In this document: piece after piece, positions 35,159 through 44,840 of the stretch
How the letters are laid out: every line of letters starts with the position of its first letter
Numbering within the stretch: position 1 is the first letter of the stretch
Assembly (NCBI GenBank): GCA_903902345.1
Contig: CAIUUR010000499.1
Location: forward strand, 1-56,433
Source of the DNA: an uncultured Geobacteraceae bacterium
Lineage (GTDB): Bacteria > Desulfobacterota > Desulfuromonadia > Geobacterales > CAIOGM01
Reading direction: 5' to 3'
DNA: 56,433 nucleotides
Position numbers and translations under genes: made by a program
The notes under the pieces: model-generated
The model's database searches: none
What the model was told of the DNA's origin: nothing
Seen by the model: the letters and a program-made list of their open reading frames with translations, nothing else

Positions 35159-36577
35159 CTACCACTTTTGTTTCATCTGGAATTTAACGATCTCCGGCAG
35201 ATTCCTGAGGAAGGTCAGGACACTCTGGGGCGATTTCCAGAGCATCTTCGTATACCCCCAGTGGATGCGACTGCGGCGGTAAAAGCCGCGGATGAACTCG
35301 GTGTAGAGTCCCTCCAGTTCCTCTTTGGTCATGCCATGGGGGATGAAGACGAAATTGAGGCAGTTCATCAGCTCCCATTTTTCGTTGAACTCACCCTGCT
35401 CCCGGATGGTTTTGTAGACCGGGGCGCCGGGAAAGGGGGTGAATTTGGTGACATTGATCTCGTCCAACGGCAGGGTGAGGGCATAGTTTATGGTCCGGCG
35501 GATGGCCACAGCGTCTTCCCCCGGTAGCCCCACCATGAAGAGCCCCTTGACCCGCATTCCGTTGTTGCGCACCATGAGAAGTTTTTGTCCTACTTCGTCC
35601 AGAGAGTAGAATTTGCGATGTTTTTTGAGTATCTCCGGGTCCCCCGATTCGATGCCGAAGTTTACCTGCCAGCACCCCGAACGCTTCAGGAGGGAGATCA
35701 GTTCGGCGTCCACATGCTCCAGGCGGGCGATGCAGTTGTAGCTGACGGGGAGTTGCGCCCGTTCCTTCAGTTCGCAGAAGCGGGCGATGCGGGCGCGATC
35801 GGCCGTGAAGAGATCGTCATAGAAAAAGACGTGACGGATGCCGTAATCCCGGTGGAGCATCTTCATATGCTCGATGATGTATTCCGGTGAGTTGAAACGG
35901 AATCCCCGAGAGAAGACGGAACGGTCACAGTAGGAACAGCTGTAGGGACAGCCGCGGCTGGAGATGATGCTTGTGTTGGGCGCCGTGGGAAAGCTGAAGA
36001 GGGGGAGAGAGTAACGCCGGGGAAACTGGGGGAGCCGGTGATAGGCCGGGAAGGGGAGGGTGTCCAGGTCGGCAATCAGTTCCCGAATCGCGGAAAGGGT
36101 TCCTACTCCCTCACGGCGGTAGCCGATGCCGGGGATGGTCTCCACGTTGCGGCAGCCGGACTCTACTAGCTCATGAAACGAGACTTCCCCCTCCCCGATG
36201 ACCAGGTAGTCGATGGCCGGGAAGTTGTCCAGGAGTCCGACCCCCACGGAGCAGGCATGGGCCCCCCCGAATACCGTGACTATTTTCGGTGACCGTTCCT
36301 TGAGCAGTGCCGCGAAGCCGTACCCCTCAAGAAACGACGAGGTGGTGCAGGAGAAACCGACCACGTCGGGTGACCGACGGATGATCTCCGTGATGAGCTC
36401 TTCGGGAGTCATGGGAGTGGCGTAGCAGTCGATGATCTCCGCCGCTATCCCCCGGGCTTCCAGATAGGCGACCATGCTGAGCATACCCAGAGGGGGCATG
36501 AGGTTGAAGATCGTGGTGAGATCCTTGCCGACTCCCATCCAGTTGCTGCCGTAGGGATGTATGAACAGAACTTTCAT
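35159..36577 (-). CDS. B12-binding-domain radical SAM protein
   Basis: MKVLFIHPYG...MPPLGMLSMVAYLEARG...VVGFSCTTSS...VFGGAHA (cobalamin-type domain), SSRGCPYSCSYCD (CX3CX2C). Starts 7 nt after the SNF2 stop codon. Confidence 0.85.
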   Translation of the reverse strand: MKVLFIHPYGSNWMGVGKDLTTIFNLMPPLGMLSMVAYLEARGIAAEIIDCYATPMTPEELITEIIRRSPDVVGFSCTTSSFLEGYGFAALLKERSPKIVTVFGGAHACSVGVGLLDNFPAIDYLVIGEGEVSFHELVESGCRNVETIPGIGYRREGVGTLSAIRELIADLDTLPFPAYHRLPQFPRRYSLPLFSFPTAPNTSIISSRGCPYSCSYCDRSVFSRGFRFNSPEYIIEHMKMLHRDYGIRHVFFYDDLFTADRARIARFCELKERAQLPVSYNCIARLEHVDAELISLLKRSGCWQVNFGIESGDPEILKKHRKFYSLDEVGQKLLMVRNNGMRVKGLFMVGLPGEDAVAIRRTINYALTLPLDEINVTKFTPFPGAPVYKTIREQGEFNEKWELMNCLNFVFIPHGMTKEELEGLYTEFIRGFYRRSRIHWGYTKMLWKSPQSVLTFLRNLPEIVKFQMKQKW

Positions 36578-36584
36578 GGCGCCA

Positions 36585-39500
36585 TTATCCTTGTCCCCCC
36601 AGCAGGAAGTCGAAATCCGCCCTGGTGAGCGATCCCCCCGCCGTGCCGGTGGCGTCTTCCAGAAGCGCCTTGTAGAGTTTGAGCTTGCGTTCTTTCAGGG
36701 ACATCATTTTCTCCTCCACGGTGTGCCGCATGAGGAGTCGGGTGACGGTTACCTGACCGGTCTGGCCGATCCGGTGGGCCCGGTCCGATGCCTGGTTTTC
36801 CACCGCCGGGTTCCACCAGGGGTCCAGGTGGTAAACGTAGGTGGCGCGGGTCAGGTTGAGCCCCTTCCCCCCCGCCTTGAGGCTGATGAGAAAGACCCGC
36901 GGTCCGGAGCTTTCCTGAAAACTCTTGACGAGATCCTTTCGCTTGGGGACCGGTGTGGAGCCGTCCAGCCGGAGGGTCTCCAGCCCCCTGCACTTCAGCC
37001 CCTCCTCCACGATATCCAAAAAACCGGTGAACTGGGAGAAGACCAGGGCGCTATGCCCCTCGTCACGCAGTTCAAGAAGTTGCTCCGCCAATGCCTCCAG
37101 TTTGGGGGATTCCACCTTCCCCTTGACAAAGAGGGAGGGGCAGAGGCAGATCTGTCGGAGTCTCAGGATGGCGGTGAGGGCGATCATCTGTGCCTGCCCG
37201 GTAGCCTTGGCCTGGTACGCCTCGGCCACCGTCCCCCGGACCTCTTCCACGGTCTTCTGGTACAGCGCCCGTTGCCGGGGGGTCAGCTCCAGGTAGAGGT
37301 CGCTCTCGATACGCGGGGGGAGTTCGTCGGCGATCATCTGCTTGGTCCGGCGCAGGACAAAGGGTCTGGTCCGGCGGATCAGCGTGTCGATCCCCCCGAA
37401 TCCCTTGATATCGATTTTTCGCCGGAACTCCTCGTAGGAGCCGAGCAGCCCCGGCAGGGCGAGATCCAGGATGGCGTAGTACTCTCCCAGATGATTCTCC
37501 ATGGGGGTGCCGGTGAGGGCCAGGGTGAACTCCCCCCTCAGGCGGCGGGCAGCTGTCGTGGTGGATGTCTGCAGGTTCTTTACCTGCTGGGCTTCGTCGA
37601 AGATGATGACATGAAAGGGGATCTCCGCCAGCTTGTCCACATCCCGCTGGAGGATGCCGTAGCTCGTCAGGACGACATCTACTCCCTGGAATTCCAGGGA
37701 ACGCTTCGCTCCGCTGTAGGTGACAACCCGGAGTGCGGGGGCGAATCTCGCAAGCTCGTTCTCCCAGTTAAACAACAGAGACGGCGGCACCACGACCAAG
37801 TGCGGTAGCTCCAGGGTGGTCACCGGAGGAATTCGTCCTTCGGCCAGCCCGGCCAGGAGGCTGATGGCTTGTACCGTTTTTCCCAGCCCCATGTCGTCGG
37901 CCAAGCAGGCGCCGAAGCGATGCTCGTAGAGGAAGGAGAGCCACTCGTATCCCTCCTGCTGATAGGGGCGGAGGGTGGCATTCAGTCCCACCGGGAGTGG
38001 GCGTTGCGGGAGCCGCTCCAGCCGGGTAAGGCTCGTAATGAGCTCCTCCATCTGTGGGGGGAGACGGAGCGTAACTCCGTGGGATCGCAGTTCGAGCCAG
38101 TCGAGAATCTGGAGCCGGGGAATCCGGACCGGCTCAACTTTCCGTTTTTTCTTCCCTCCGCTTCCCCCCCCCACCACGAGGAGTTCCAGTATCCTCCGTT
38201 GCTCGTCACCCAAAAGAATGAGCGACTCCCCCTGGGGGAGCATTCCACCGCTGAGGAGCGCCTTCAGCGCACCGTCACTGAGCAGTTCACCGTTGCAGCG
38301 GATCTCGGGGCGGAGCTCAAACCAGTCGATGGAACCGTTCACCGTTGTGGGGAGCGCCTCCACGGAGAATTCCCACTCACCCTGCTGGAGGAGAGTGCCA
38401 CCGAACCGGAGATCGAACCCCGCACCTCTGAGCGCAGCGGTTAGCTCCCCCAGTCGGGGGAGGAGTTCCCGCTGCGGGACCGCCAGTTCGGCGGGAAATG
38501 AAACCTCACCGCCGAATGAATCCAGACCGAAAAAGTGGTAGATGAGTTCCACGAGTCGGGCTTGTCCCCTCCGATCGTCGGCGACAAAGCGCCAGCCGTC
38601 GGCGGCGGCCAGGAGCACGAGCATCCGGTGGCCGGCACTCTCCATAAACCCCTGGACTATCTCCTTGGCCTCAGCCTTGATCTTCCGTTTGGCAAAGTCG
38701 GGGGGGGGGAGGGCGGCGCGGATCGCCTGGGCGCGCCCCGTTGCCGTGGTCGCCGCGAGAGCGGCGAATCCCCCCTCCAGCATCGCCGTGACCCGTTTCT
38801 TTGCCTTCAATGGCTGACTGAGATGGGAACGGTGTGCCGGAGAGAGAAGCCAGAACATCTCCTGGGAGAGTGGGAAGGATACTCCCGAGGCCTCCCCTTG
38901 AGGGATGAGTCGTATTGTTTCCCCCGTCAACTCCGAGGCGATGGAGAGGAAAAACGAGGGAGAGAGCGTCTGAGCCGGGTCCACCGGGACGCCGTCGACG
39001 GTGAAACGGCAGCTCTCGGCAAAGGAGGGGAATCCGCTCAGGTTAGCTCTGATGGCGGCTGCAGAGAAGAAGAGCGCATCCATGGAGACCGCGCCCGGCT
39101 CGTGCCGGAGATGGATGGCGCCGGTCTCCTCTTCGCTGAACTGCAGCTCGTCCAGCACTGACTCCATGAACCGCCATGCCTGGACATTCCTGAAGGGGTG
39201 GATGGCGCCGGAGGCCAGGTCGAAGAGGCACTCTCCCACGACTTTGATCTCCGCGGGTTCCTGCTCCGCGCCATCAAAGGTGCGGCGGACCGTGACCCGG
39301 CCGTCCCGAAGATCGAAGTCGACCCCGGCAGAGCGCGGGGAAAATTCATGGTAGGTGAGGGGGGTTTCCGACCCGTCGGGATGCTTCATGACCACGGGGT
39401 ACTTGCCCGGAAGGGAGATGAAGTCGTGGAAATAGTGCTGCGAGGCGCGAAAGAAGTAGTGTTGCACCAGGAACTTGGCCAGATCCCGGGGAGCCGGCAT

Positions 39501-40076
39501 CCCGGGATAGAGGTGCGTATCTCCGTAACGGAGCTGCCCGCTAACCGAATCCCCCTGCTGGAACAGGACCAGCCGGTAGGCCCGGGAGGGGAGTTGTTTA
39601 AAGGATGGCGGGATGGGGGGCGCGCCGGTGGCCGCACGGGTGGCAAATCGCGGACTTTGCCTTTCACGGGACGGTTGCGTTGTGGCGGGCGTCTCCATGG
39701 GAACGAGTCCCAGCATGAGGGCCACGGCATCCAGGTGGCGCATGTCGAAACGAACATGGCTCAGGCTCCCCGGGGTAACCAGGCGCTTGAGGATCGCCAT
39801 GACCGAAACCACCCGGGACGACCGGCGGGGGCCGTCGCCGGTGATCCGCAGCTCACCGGCAGTGCTGGAGATCGTCACGTAGGAGAGTTCCGAGAGCTTC
39901 ACCACCAACTCCCGGCCTTCCTCACGCACCGCGATGCTGTCGATGACCGGGTTGGAACAGTGGCTGAGTCCCTCCAGCACGGCTTCCTTATCGGCCAGCA
40001 GATAGATGTCACCTGACGGGGTTTGCCGCAGGAGCTCCAGAACGGTGGAGGGTCGGTTGTCGGGTTCTGTATTCAT
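36585..40076 (-). CDS. SNF2-family helicase/ATPase with about 640-aa uncharacterised N-terminal region
   Basis: LADDMGLGKTVQAISLL (motif I), IIFDEAQQVKN (II), LTGTPMENHL (III), SLKAGGKGLNLTRATYVYHLDPWWNPAVENQASDRAHRIGQ (V-VI). ATG at 40076 preferred; the TTG at 40097 lies inside the rplI terminator. Confidence 0.88.
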   Translation of the reverse strand: MNTEPDNRPSTVLELLRQTPSGDIYLLADKEAVLEGLSHCSNPVIDSIAVREEGRELVVKLSELSYVTISSTAGELRITGDGPRRSSRVVSVMAILKRLVTPGSLSHVRFDMRHLDAVALMLGLVPMETPATTQPSRERQSPRFATRAATGAPPIPPSFKQLPSRAYRLVLFQQGDSVSGQLRYGDTHLYPGMPAPRDLAKFLVQHYFFRASQHYFHDFISLPGKYPVVMKHPDGSETPLTYHEFSPRSAGVDFDLRDGRVTVRRTFDGAEQEPAEIKVVGECLFDLASGAIHPFRNVQAWRFMESVLDELQFSEEETGAIHLRHEPGAVSMDALFFSAAAIRANLSGFPSFAESCRFTVDGVPVDPAQTLSPSFFLSIASELTGETIRLIPQGEASGVSFPLSQEMFWLLSPAHRSHLSQPLKAKKRVTAMLEGGFAALAATTATGRAQAIRAALPPPDFAKRKIKAEAKEIVQGFMESAGHRMLVLLAAADGWRFVADDRRGQARLVELIYHFFGLDSFGGEVSFPAELAVPQRELLPRLGELTAALRGAGFDLRFGGTLLQQGEWEFSVEALPTTVNGSIDWFELRPEIRCNGELLSDGALKALLSGGMLPQGESLILLGDEQRRILELLVVGGGSGGKKKRKVEPVRIPRLQILDWLELRSHGVTLRLPPQMEELITSLTRLERLPQRPLPVGLNATLRPYQQEGYEWLSFLYEHRFGACLADDMGLGKTVQAISLLAGLAEGRIPPVTTLELPHLVVVPPSLLFNWENELARFAPALRVVTYSGAKRSLEFQGVDVVLTSYGILQRDVDKLAEIPFHVIIFDEAQQVKNLQTSTTTAARRLRGEFTLALTGTPMENHLGEYYAILDLALPGLLGSYEEFRRKIDIKGFGGIDTLIRRTRPFVLRRTKQMIADELPPRIESDLYLELTPRQRALYQKTVEEVRGTVAEAYQAKATGQAQMIALTAILRLRQICLCPSLFVKGKVESPKLEALAEQLLELRDEGHSALVFSQFTGFLDIVEEGLKCRGLETLRLDGSTPVPKRKDLVKSFQESSGPRVFLISLKAGGKGLNLTRATYVYHLDPWWNPAVENQASDRAHRIGQTGQVTVTRLLMRHTVEEKMMSLKERKLKLYKALLEDATGTAGGSLTRADFDFLLGGQG

Positions 40077-40094
40077 GGGAGGGGGGGCGAAATC

Positions 40095-40130
40095 CAAAAA
40101 AGCCCCTCACAATAGGTCATTGTGAGGGGC
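40095..40130 (-). terminator. Rho-independent terminator after rplI
   Basis: On the minus strand: agcccctcacaat gacct attgtgaggggct followed by tttttt. Confidence 0.8.
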
Positions 40131-40157
40131 TTCCCTGTTGTGTGCATTTGTCGTAAA

Positions 40158-40601
40158 CTAAGCGACGGCCACGATGGAGACCTTGAGGGTCGCCGTGATT
40201 TCCGGATGGATTTTCACCGGAATGGCATAATCGCCGGTGTGCTTGATGGGATCGGACACGATCTTCTTCCGATCTACCTCTATCCCTGCTTCAAGGAGTT
40301 TTTCCGCCAGTTCCTTGGTGGTAACGGCGCCAAAGAGTTTCCCTTCTTCGCCGGCCTGGTGAGTTATGGAGAGGGAGAGCGCCTCGATGCGGGCGACAAT
40401 GCCGCGGGCCGCTTCCATGACCTTGTTCTTTTTGTATTCCAGGTGCTTTTTGGTATGTTCCAGAGCCTTGGCGTTGCGCTCGGTGGCCTCAACAACCAGC
40501 CCCTTGGGGAGCAGATAGTTGCGGGCGTAGCCGGGGGCTACCTTGACGATGTCACCGATGTGACCCAGATGTTCGACGTTTTCCTTGAGAATGACTTGCA
40601 T
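40158..40601 (-). CDS. rplI: 50S ribosomal protein L9
   Basis: MQVILKENVEHLGHIGDIVKVAPGYARNYLLPKG. 147 aa. Confidence 0.97.
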   Translation of the reverse strand: MQVILKENVEHLGHIGDIVKVAPGYARNYLLPKGLVVEATERNAKALEHTKKHLEYKKNKVMEAARGIVARIEALSLSITHQAGEEGKLFGAVTTKELAEKLLEAGIEVDRKKIVSDPIKHTGDYAIPVKIHPEITATLKVSIVAVA

Positions 40602-40625
40602 ATGTTTGTTCCTCCCAGCCTGAAG

Positions 40626-41567
40626 TTACAGGTTTTCCCCCGTTCTGGGGGTGCGAAAGTTGAGCCAGAGATCGAAGAGACCGAAGAGGGTCACCCCGAT
40701 GGCCAGATAGGGTTGTATCGCCAGTAGCAGATAGAAAAATCCCCTCATGATGGGGGAAACGGCGAAGCGGTCGAAGAACGTTATGATGATTGCCACTCCC
40801 TGCATGAAGTAAAGCCCCAGGGTGACGATCAGGATATTGAGTCCCCCCTGAAACAGGATCGGCTGATCCAGCAGGAGGAGAAATCCCGAAACGATGACCA
40901 GCCAGATCAGATGGTCAGGGTTCCGGTAGGCGCTGAATTTTCCCAGCTTAGGCGGTTGCTGCAACCGGGTGGCGCTCTTGCGGAGCAGCGCCAGGTTCAG
41001 TCCGGCGAAGGAGGCCACGAGAAGAAGGAGCAGCGCGGGATAGATACTTCCCATGAGGATGCCGCTCTGCTTCAGTGCCTCCTGAATGGTCGACAACTCT
41101 TCCGCAGAAAAATTCCCCTTCTTGTACAGGGCCGCGGTCTGGGCGATGCTGGAGGCGATTCCGGTGCGGATTGCTCCGTCCAGATTGCCCCCGCCTCCCA
41201 GAGTATAAACCGTCGCCGCAACGACGGCCAGAAGCGCAATAATGGAAACTGCGCCGGCTATGCTCTTCGCCCCCCCCATCCCCCGTTGGAGAAATTCCGC
41301 CAGGAGAATAGAGAGGAGGCCCCCCTGAAACAGGTAGAGGAGCGCCACCGTCGGCTCGGTCAGAGCCAAAACCACCAACGCCACCAGCACGATGGCCAGG
41401 CCCACGACCCGGCCCCGTTTCAGCGAATAGAACAGGGCCGGGAAGGGAGCAAGTATGCCGGCTGGAGTGCCGACCAGGGGGAAAACGGCGTAGGCCAGAA
41501 ACAGCACTACGGTCGCCGAACTCCCCTTGATGACGTCACGGAGGGACTCCCTGGTTCCAGGAGTCAT
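40626..41567 (-). CDS. DUF2232 (YybS-like) integral membrane protein
   Basis: 313 aa, multi-pass hydrophobic, located between rpsR and rplI, which is the usual position of this family. Confidence 0.7.
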   Translation of the reverse strand: MTPGTRESLRDVIKGSSATVVLFLAYAVFPLVGTPAGILAPFPALFYSLKRGRVVGLAIVLVALVVLALTEPTVALLYLFQGGLLSILLAEFLQRGMGGAKSIAGAVSIIALLAVVAATVYTLGGGGNLDGAIRTGIASSIAQTAALYKKGNFSAEELSTIQEALKQSGILMGSIYPALLLLLVASFAGLNLALLRKSATRLQQPPKLGKFSAYRNPDHLIWLVIVSGFLLLLDQPILFQGGLNILIVTLGLYFMQGVAIIITFFDRFAVSPIMRGFFYLLLAIQPYLAIGVTLFGLFDLWLNFRTPRTGENL

Positions 41568-41578
41568 GTCAGGGTCCG

Positions 41579-41857
41579 TTATTGGGAGACGTGCGCTGAG
41601 GCAATGGGGAGCAGGGCGATGTTACGGGCCCGCTTGATCGCCTCGGAGATCGCACGCTGGTGAGCGGAGCAGTTCCCGGAAATCCGGCGTGGTACGATCT
41701 TGCCCCGTTCACTGATGAAGTAGCGGAGGGTGCGCGGCTCTTTGTAGTCTATGGCAAGGGTCTTGTCGGCGCAGAAACGGCAGACTTTGCGGCGCTGAAA
41801 TGTCCGCTTCTTCCGGGGGCCGCTGGGGCGTGGTGATCTTTCTCTTTCGTCAGCCAT
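41579..41857 (-). CDS. rpsR: 30S ribosomal protein S18
   Basis: ...[63 protein letters not shown]. Confidence 0.97.
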   Translation of the reverse strand: MADERERSPRPSGPRKKRTFQRRKVCRFCADKTLAIDYKEPRTLRYFISERGKIVPRRISGNCSAHQRAISEAIKRARNIALLPIASAHVSQ

Positions 41858-41896
41858 GGTATGTATCCTCTCTTTCGTTGGCAGTCGGTAGTCGGT

Positions 41897-42268
41897 TTAC
41901 GCTTCTTCTTCGGTCGTTTCGGATTCCGTCACTTCTTCCCCTTCTTCGGGGACCTCAGCGACTACCGGTGCTACCGTTTCTTTCTCGATCTTGACGGTGA
42001 GATAGCGAAGTATCCGGTCGTCAAGCCGCAGGCGGCGTTCCAGTTCCGCGACCAGCGTCTCGACGCCGTCGTACCGGAGGTACACATACCGTCCCCGGGG
42101 GGACTTCTTGATGACATAGGCCAGTTTTCTGATGCCCCAATCTTCCAGGCGTTTCAGGTCGCCGCCGTTGCCGGCAATGACATCCTGGACCTTGTCCGTA
42201 AGGGCCTTCAGTTCATCCTCGGCCAGGTCCGGCTTGACGATGTAGATCGTCTCGTACTTCCGTATCAT
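41897..42268 (-). CDS. rpsF: 30S ribosomal protein S6 with acidic C-terminal tail
   Basis: Internal ATG at 42268 gives MIRKYETIYIVKPDLAEDELKALTDKV...DWGIRKLAYVIKK...RYLTVK. The ORF-track N-terminal extension has no homology-like content. Confidence 0.95.
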   Translation of the reverse strand: MIRKYETIYIVKPDLAEDELKALTDKVQDVIAGNGGDLKRLEDWGIRKLAYVIKKSPRGRYVYLRYDGVETLVAELERRLRLDDRILRYLTVKIEKETVAPVVAEVPEEGEEVTESETTEEEA

Positions 42269-42535
42269 ACCTTTATTCTCCTCTTGGGTTTTGTAGCCCC
42301 GGTCCCGCCCGGAGCAAGGAGCGACGGTCGAAGGTGACCGCCTCGTGGGAACTGCAACTTTTACCACACTCGGGGGGGATGATTCAAGGATTTTTTTGCT
42401 GGAGCGGATCGACTCGTATGTTGTACCCACATTTGTCTGATTGTGTCCAAGCGTTCATCTTTTCCGGTGTGCCCGTTGTGGGGATTTGTCAGGTTTTCAT
42501 TGCAGTATGTCCCAACTTCAGATAGGATTGCTCAT

Positions 42536-43369
42536 ATGCTCATGAAAAAAATTTCCATATTGCTGTCGTTTGTCTCCCTTCTGGGGGGCTGCCTGATGCC
42601 TGCCGTCGCCGGCGCTGTAAACTATGCCACCGGCGCCACTACGTCCCCTGGCTATTACCTGCGGCTCTACCCGTTTTACTATGACGTGGATACCCGTACC
42701 GATAAGAATGGAAATCCGTCAGTCCAGGGACTGGGTCTGAAAAAATATGGGGTCCATATCAGCAACGACTACTACCTGGGGGACTTCCATTTCAATGCCA
42801 TCATTCCGGTGGGAGGAATTGAGGTTGGCAAGCTCAACAGCGAAGATGCCGGCCTCGGCGACATCCAGTTGCGGGCGGGCTGGTTTCTCCCCGTATCGTG
42901 GGCGACGGTGCAACCGGTGCTGCTGGTCAAGGTACCCACGGGGAGCTATGATGTACAGCGTCCGGTGAATTTCGGCGACGGTCAGACGGATCTGACCATG
43001 GAACTCTATGTTTACAAGCTGATGGAGCCGTTCTCCCTGGATGCCGTATTCAAGTATGCCGTCCGTTGTCGCAACGCTGACAGTGATGTTACTCCCGGCA
43101 ACGAGTTTGTGGCCGAGCTGCTGGCAACCGTCCGCGTAGCCGACAAGATCCGGGTAGGACCGGCCGTAAACTTCATCACAGGGCGGGACAACAAGCAGGG
43201 GGGAGCTACCCTTGCCGACAGCGGACTCCTGCGACTTGCGGTGGGGGGAGAGCTTTCTTTCGGCCGTTTTGATCACGTGAAAATTTCCCTGGCGGGGTAT
43301 CAGGATCTGCTGACCCGTAACAGTACCCAGGGGGTTCTGGTGATAGGGCGTTTTTCCTTTATCTTCTGA
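42536..43369 (+). CDS. Outer-membrane beta-barrel protein (MetA-pathway/'transporter' PF13557-like)
   Basis: MLMKKISILLSFVSLLGGCLMPAVAGA signal, alternating-strand pattern, C-terminal ...VIGRFSFIF. Start placed at the ATG at 42536. Confidence 0.65.
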   Translation: MLMKKISILLSFVSLLGGCLMPAVAGAVNYATGATTSPGYYLRLYPFYYDVDTRTDKNGNPSVQGLGLKKYGVHISNDYYLGDFHFNAIIPVGGIEVGKLNSEDAGLGDIQLRAGWFLPVSWATVQPVLLVKVPTGSYDVQRPVNFGDGQTDLTMELYVYKLMEPFSLDAVFKYAVRCRNADSDVTPGNEFVAELLATVRVADKIRVGPAVNFITGRDNKQGGATLADSGLLRLAVGGELSFGRFDHVKISLAGYQDLLTRNSTQGVLVIGRFSFIF

Positions 43370-43403
43370 CGCCCCACCGGGTGATTACTCCGCGATTCTC
43401 TCC

Positions 43404-44840
43404 TTATCTCGGTGATCCGCAGGAATCGGTGACGATCCGGATCTTCGTGACCCTGGCCAGGAGAGGTCCGGTGGCCAGGGCCAACTCGCTCCCCGGGGTC
43501 AGAGTGCTGATGATGGCCTTCCCCACCAGTTGTTTCGCTTCCTTCCCCTCCTTGTCCTTGACGGTGACCCCCCAGAGATCGTGAAACACCAGCGGTTTCC
43601 CGTCCCTGATTCCCACGTAGAGCATGATGTGCCCCTTCAGGTAGACCAGCGTCAGGAAGGGGACCCCCTTCTCCACCAGTATCCTCGATTTCTCGTCCAG
43701 GCTCTTTCCCGCCAGTGAAATGGTTGTGCCACTGTGGGTCTGGTCATAGGAGCCCCGCCCCAGCCAGACCCCGAAGGGGAGGAAGAAATCACGAATCATG
43801 GCCGAGCAGTCGCGGTCATCGAAGAGCTCTCCCCAGCCGTAGGGGGTGCCGATCATCTGGTTGCCGATGCGGGCCACATCTGCTCCAACGAACTCCAACG
43901 GGTGCCGCCGGGCGATCTCCTTGGGGACCCTGGCGCGAAGCTCCACCACCCCGCCATCCGGTTCCGACCGTGCCGCCAGGTAGACCTCGAAGAATTCTTC
44001 CGTCTCGCGGGCCAGGGGGAGAATCGTCCCGATCTTGGCTGACCGGACGAAGCCCCCGGTAATATCCCGCAGGGGGACGAAATCCTTGATGATTACCACC
44101 TGCTCCGCGTTCCGCCACCACCTGCTGGTGTGGTCATCGGTATACGCGAGATCCCTGCACGGTATCCAGCCGCTGGCGTAGGAGGTCTCCACGAACGCCC
44201 AGAGACCGTCACGGGAGAGATGGAGGACCCGGAGCGGTTCGTTCAGCTTGACGCCGCTCTGCTGCAGCATATCGAAGGGGAAGCCGTCTCCCCGTTTGAA
44301 GAAGGGCCTGGCTGTGGGAAGTACCCGCATGTTGGTGGCGACGACGGTGATGCCACGCCGGTTCAGGGAGGGGAGGCGCCCCAGGTCGCAGTTCTCCCGG
44401 AGGGATGCCAGGGTGGTGCGGGGGAGTTGGCGTCGGTTCTCTCCGTACCACTCCTTGCCTAACTCCTTGTTCATGTCCCTGATCATTTCGGAGGGATCGA
44501 AGATTGGCGCACCGCTGTCCCAGGGGGAGAAATAATGCTTTCGGAATTGGGAGGCGAGGCTTTCCCGGCAGGCCGGGGCGATACTCCCGCCGGCAAGGGG
44601 GGAGCTGTAGACGCTCATATCCTGGGGAAGGGTCCGGATGTCGGCCAGTTCGTACTCTGCCGGGAGGGGTGGGGGAGGGGGCTCCTCCACCTCTACGGCG
44701 GTCTCCTTGACCGCAGTTTTCTCCGGTGGGAGAGGGCTCGCGGCCTGCGGTTCGGAGCATCTGTTGGGACAGAGTTCAGCGGGTTGGGGGGCGACTACGG
44801 TGGCCGCAGCCAGGAGAAGCAGGGCTATAAACGTCATCAT
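43404..44840 (-). CDS. Secreted NlpC/P60 (C40) peptidase with N-terminal SH3-like domains
   Basis: MMTFIALLLLAAATVVA signal (start at 44840 makes an ATGA overlap with the upstream gene). Catalytic DCSAMIRDFFLPFGVWLGRGSYDQ and downstream His (KGHIMLYVG). Confidence 0.8.
   Translation of the reverse strand: MMTFIALLLLAAATVVAPQPAELCPNRCSEPQAASPLPPEKTAVKETAVEVEEPPPPPLPAEYELADIRTLPQDMSVYSSPLAGGSIAPACRESLASQFRKHYFSPWDSGAPIFDPSEMIRDMNKELGKEWYGENRRQLPRTTLASLRENCDLGRLPSLNRRGITVVATNMRVLPTARPFFKRGDGFPFDMLQQSGVKLNEPLRVLHLSRDGLWAFVETSYASGWIPCRDLAYTDDHTSRWWRNAEQVVIIKDFVPLRDITGGFVRSAKIGTILPLARETEEFFEVYLAARSEPDGGVVELRARVPKEIARRHPLEFVGADVARIGNQMIGTPYGWGELFDDRDCSAMIRDFFLPFGVWLGRGSYDQTHSGTTISLAGKSLDEKSRILVEKGVPFLTLVYLKGHIMLYVGIRDGKPLVFHDLWGVTVKDKEGKEAKQLVGKAIISTLTPGSELALATGPLLARVTKIRIVTDSCGSPR

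Noticed and set aside
36561-37808. 415-aa plus-strand ORF, and several others (37869-38444, 38535-39161, 39198-40016), antisense to the SNF2 gene. Similar long antisense ORFs occur across the lipid operon (e.g. 10302-11195, 14169-15254, 16245-17159, 19723-20694, 22595-23482, 46720-48240).
   Set aside because: These are typical GC-rich antisense open frames with Arg/Gly/Pro-rich nonsense composition and no motifs. Each is fully overlapped by a gene with clear family signatures.
36585-40097. SNF2 helicase as a component of a known multi-gene defence system (DISARM-like or similar).
   Set aside because: None of the expected partner genes (DUF1998 helicase partner, PLD nuclease, adjacent DNA methyltransferase) are present. 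The only coupled gene is a B12-radical SAM. The unusual pairing is reported as a finding, but not as a known defence system.
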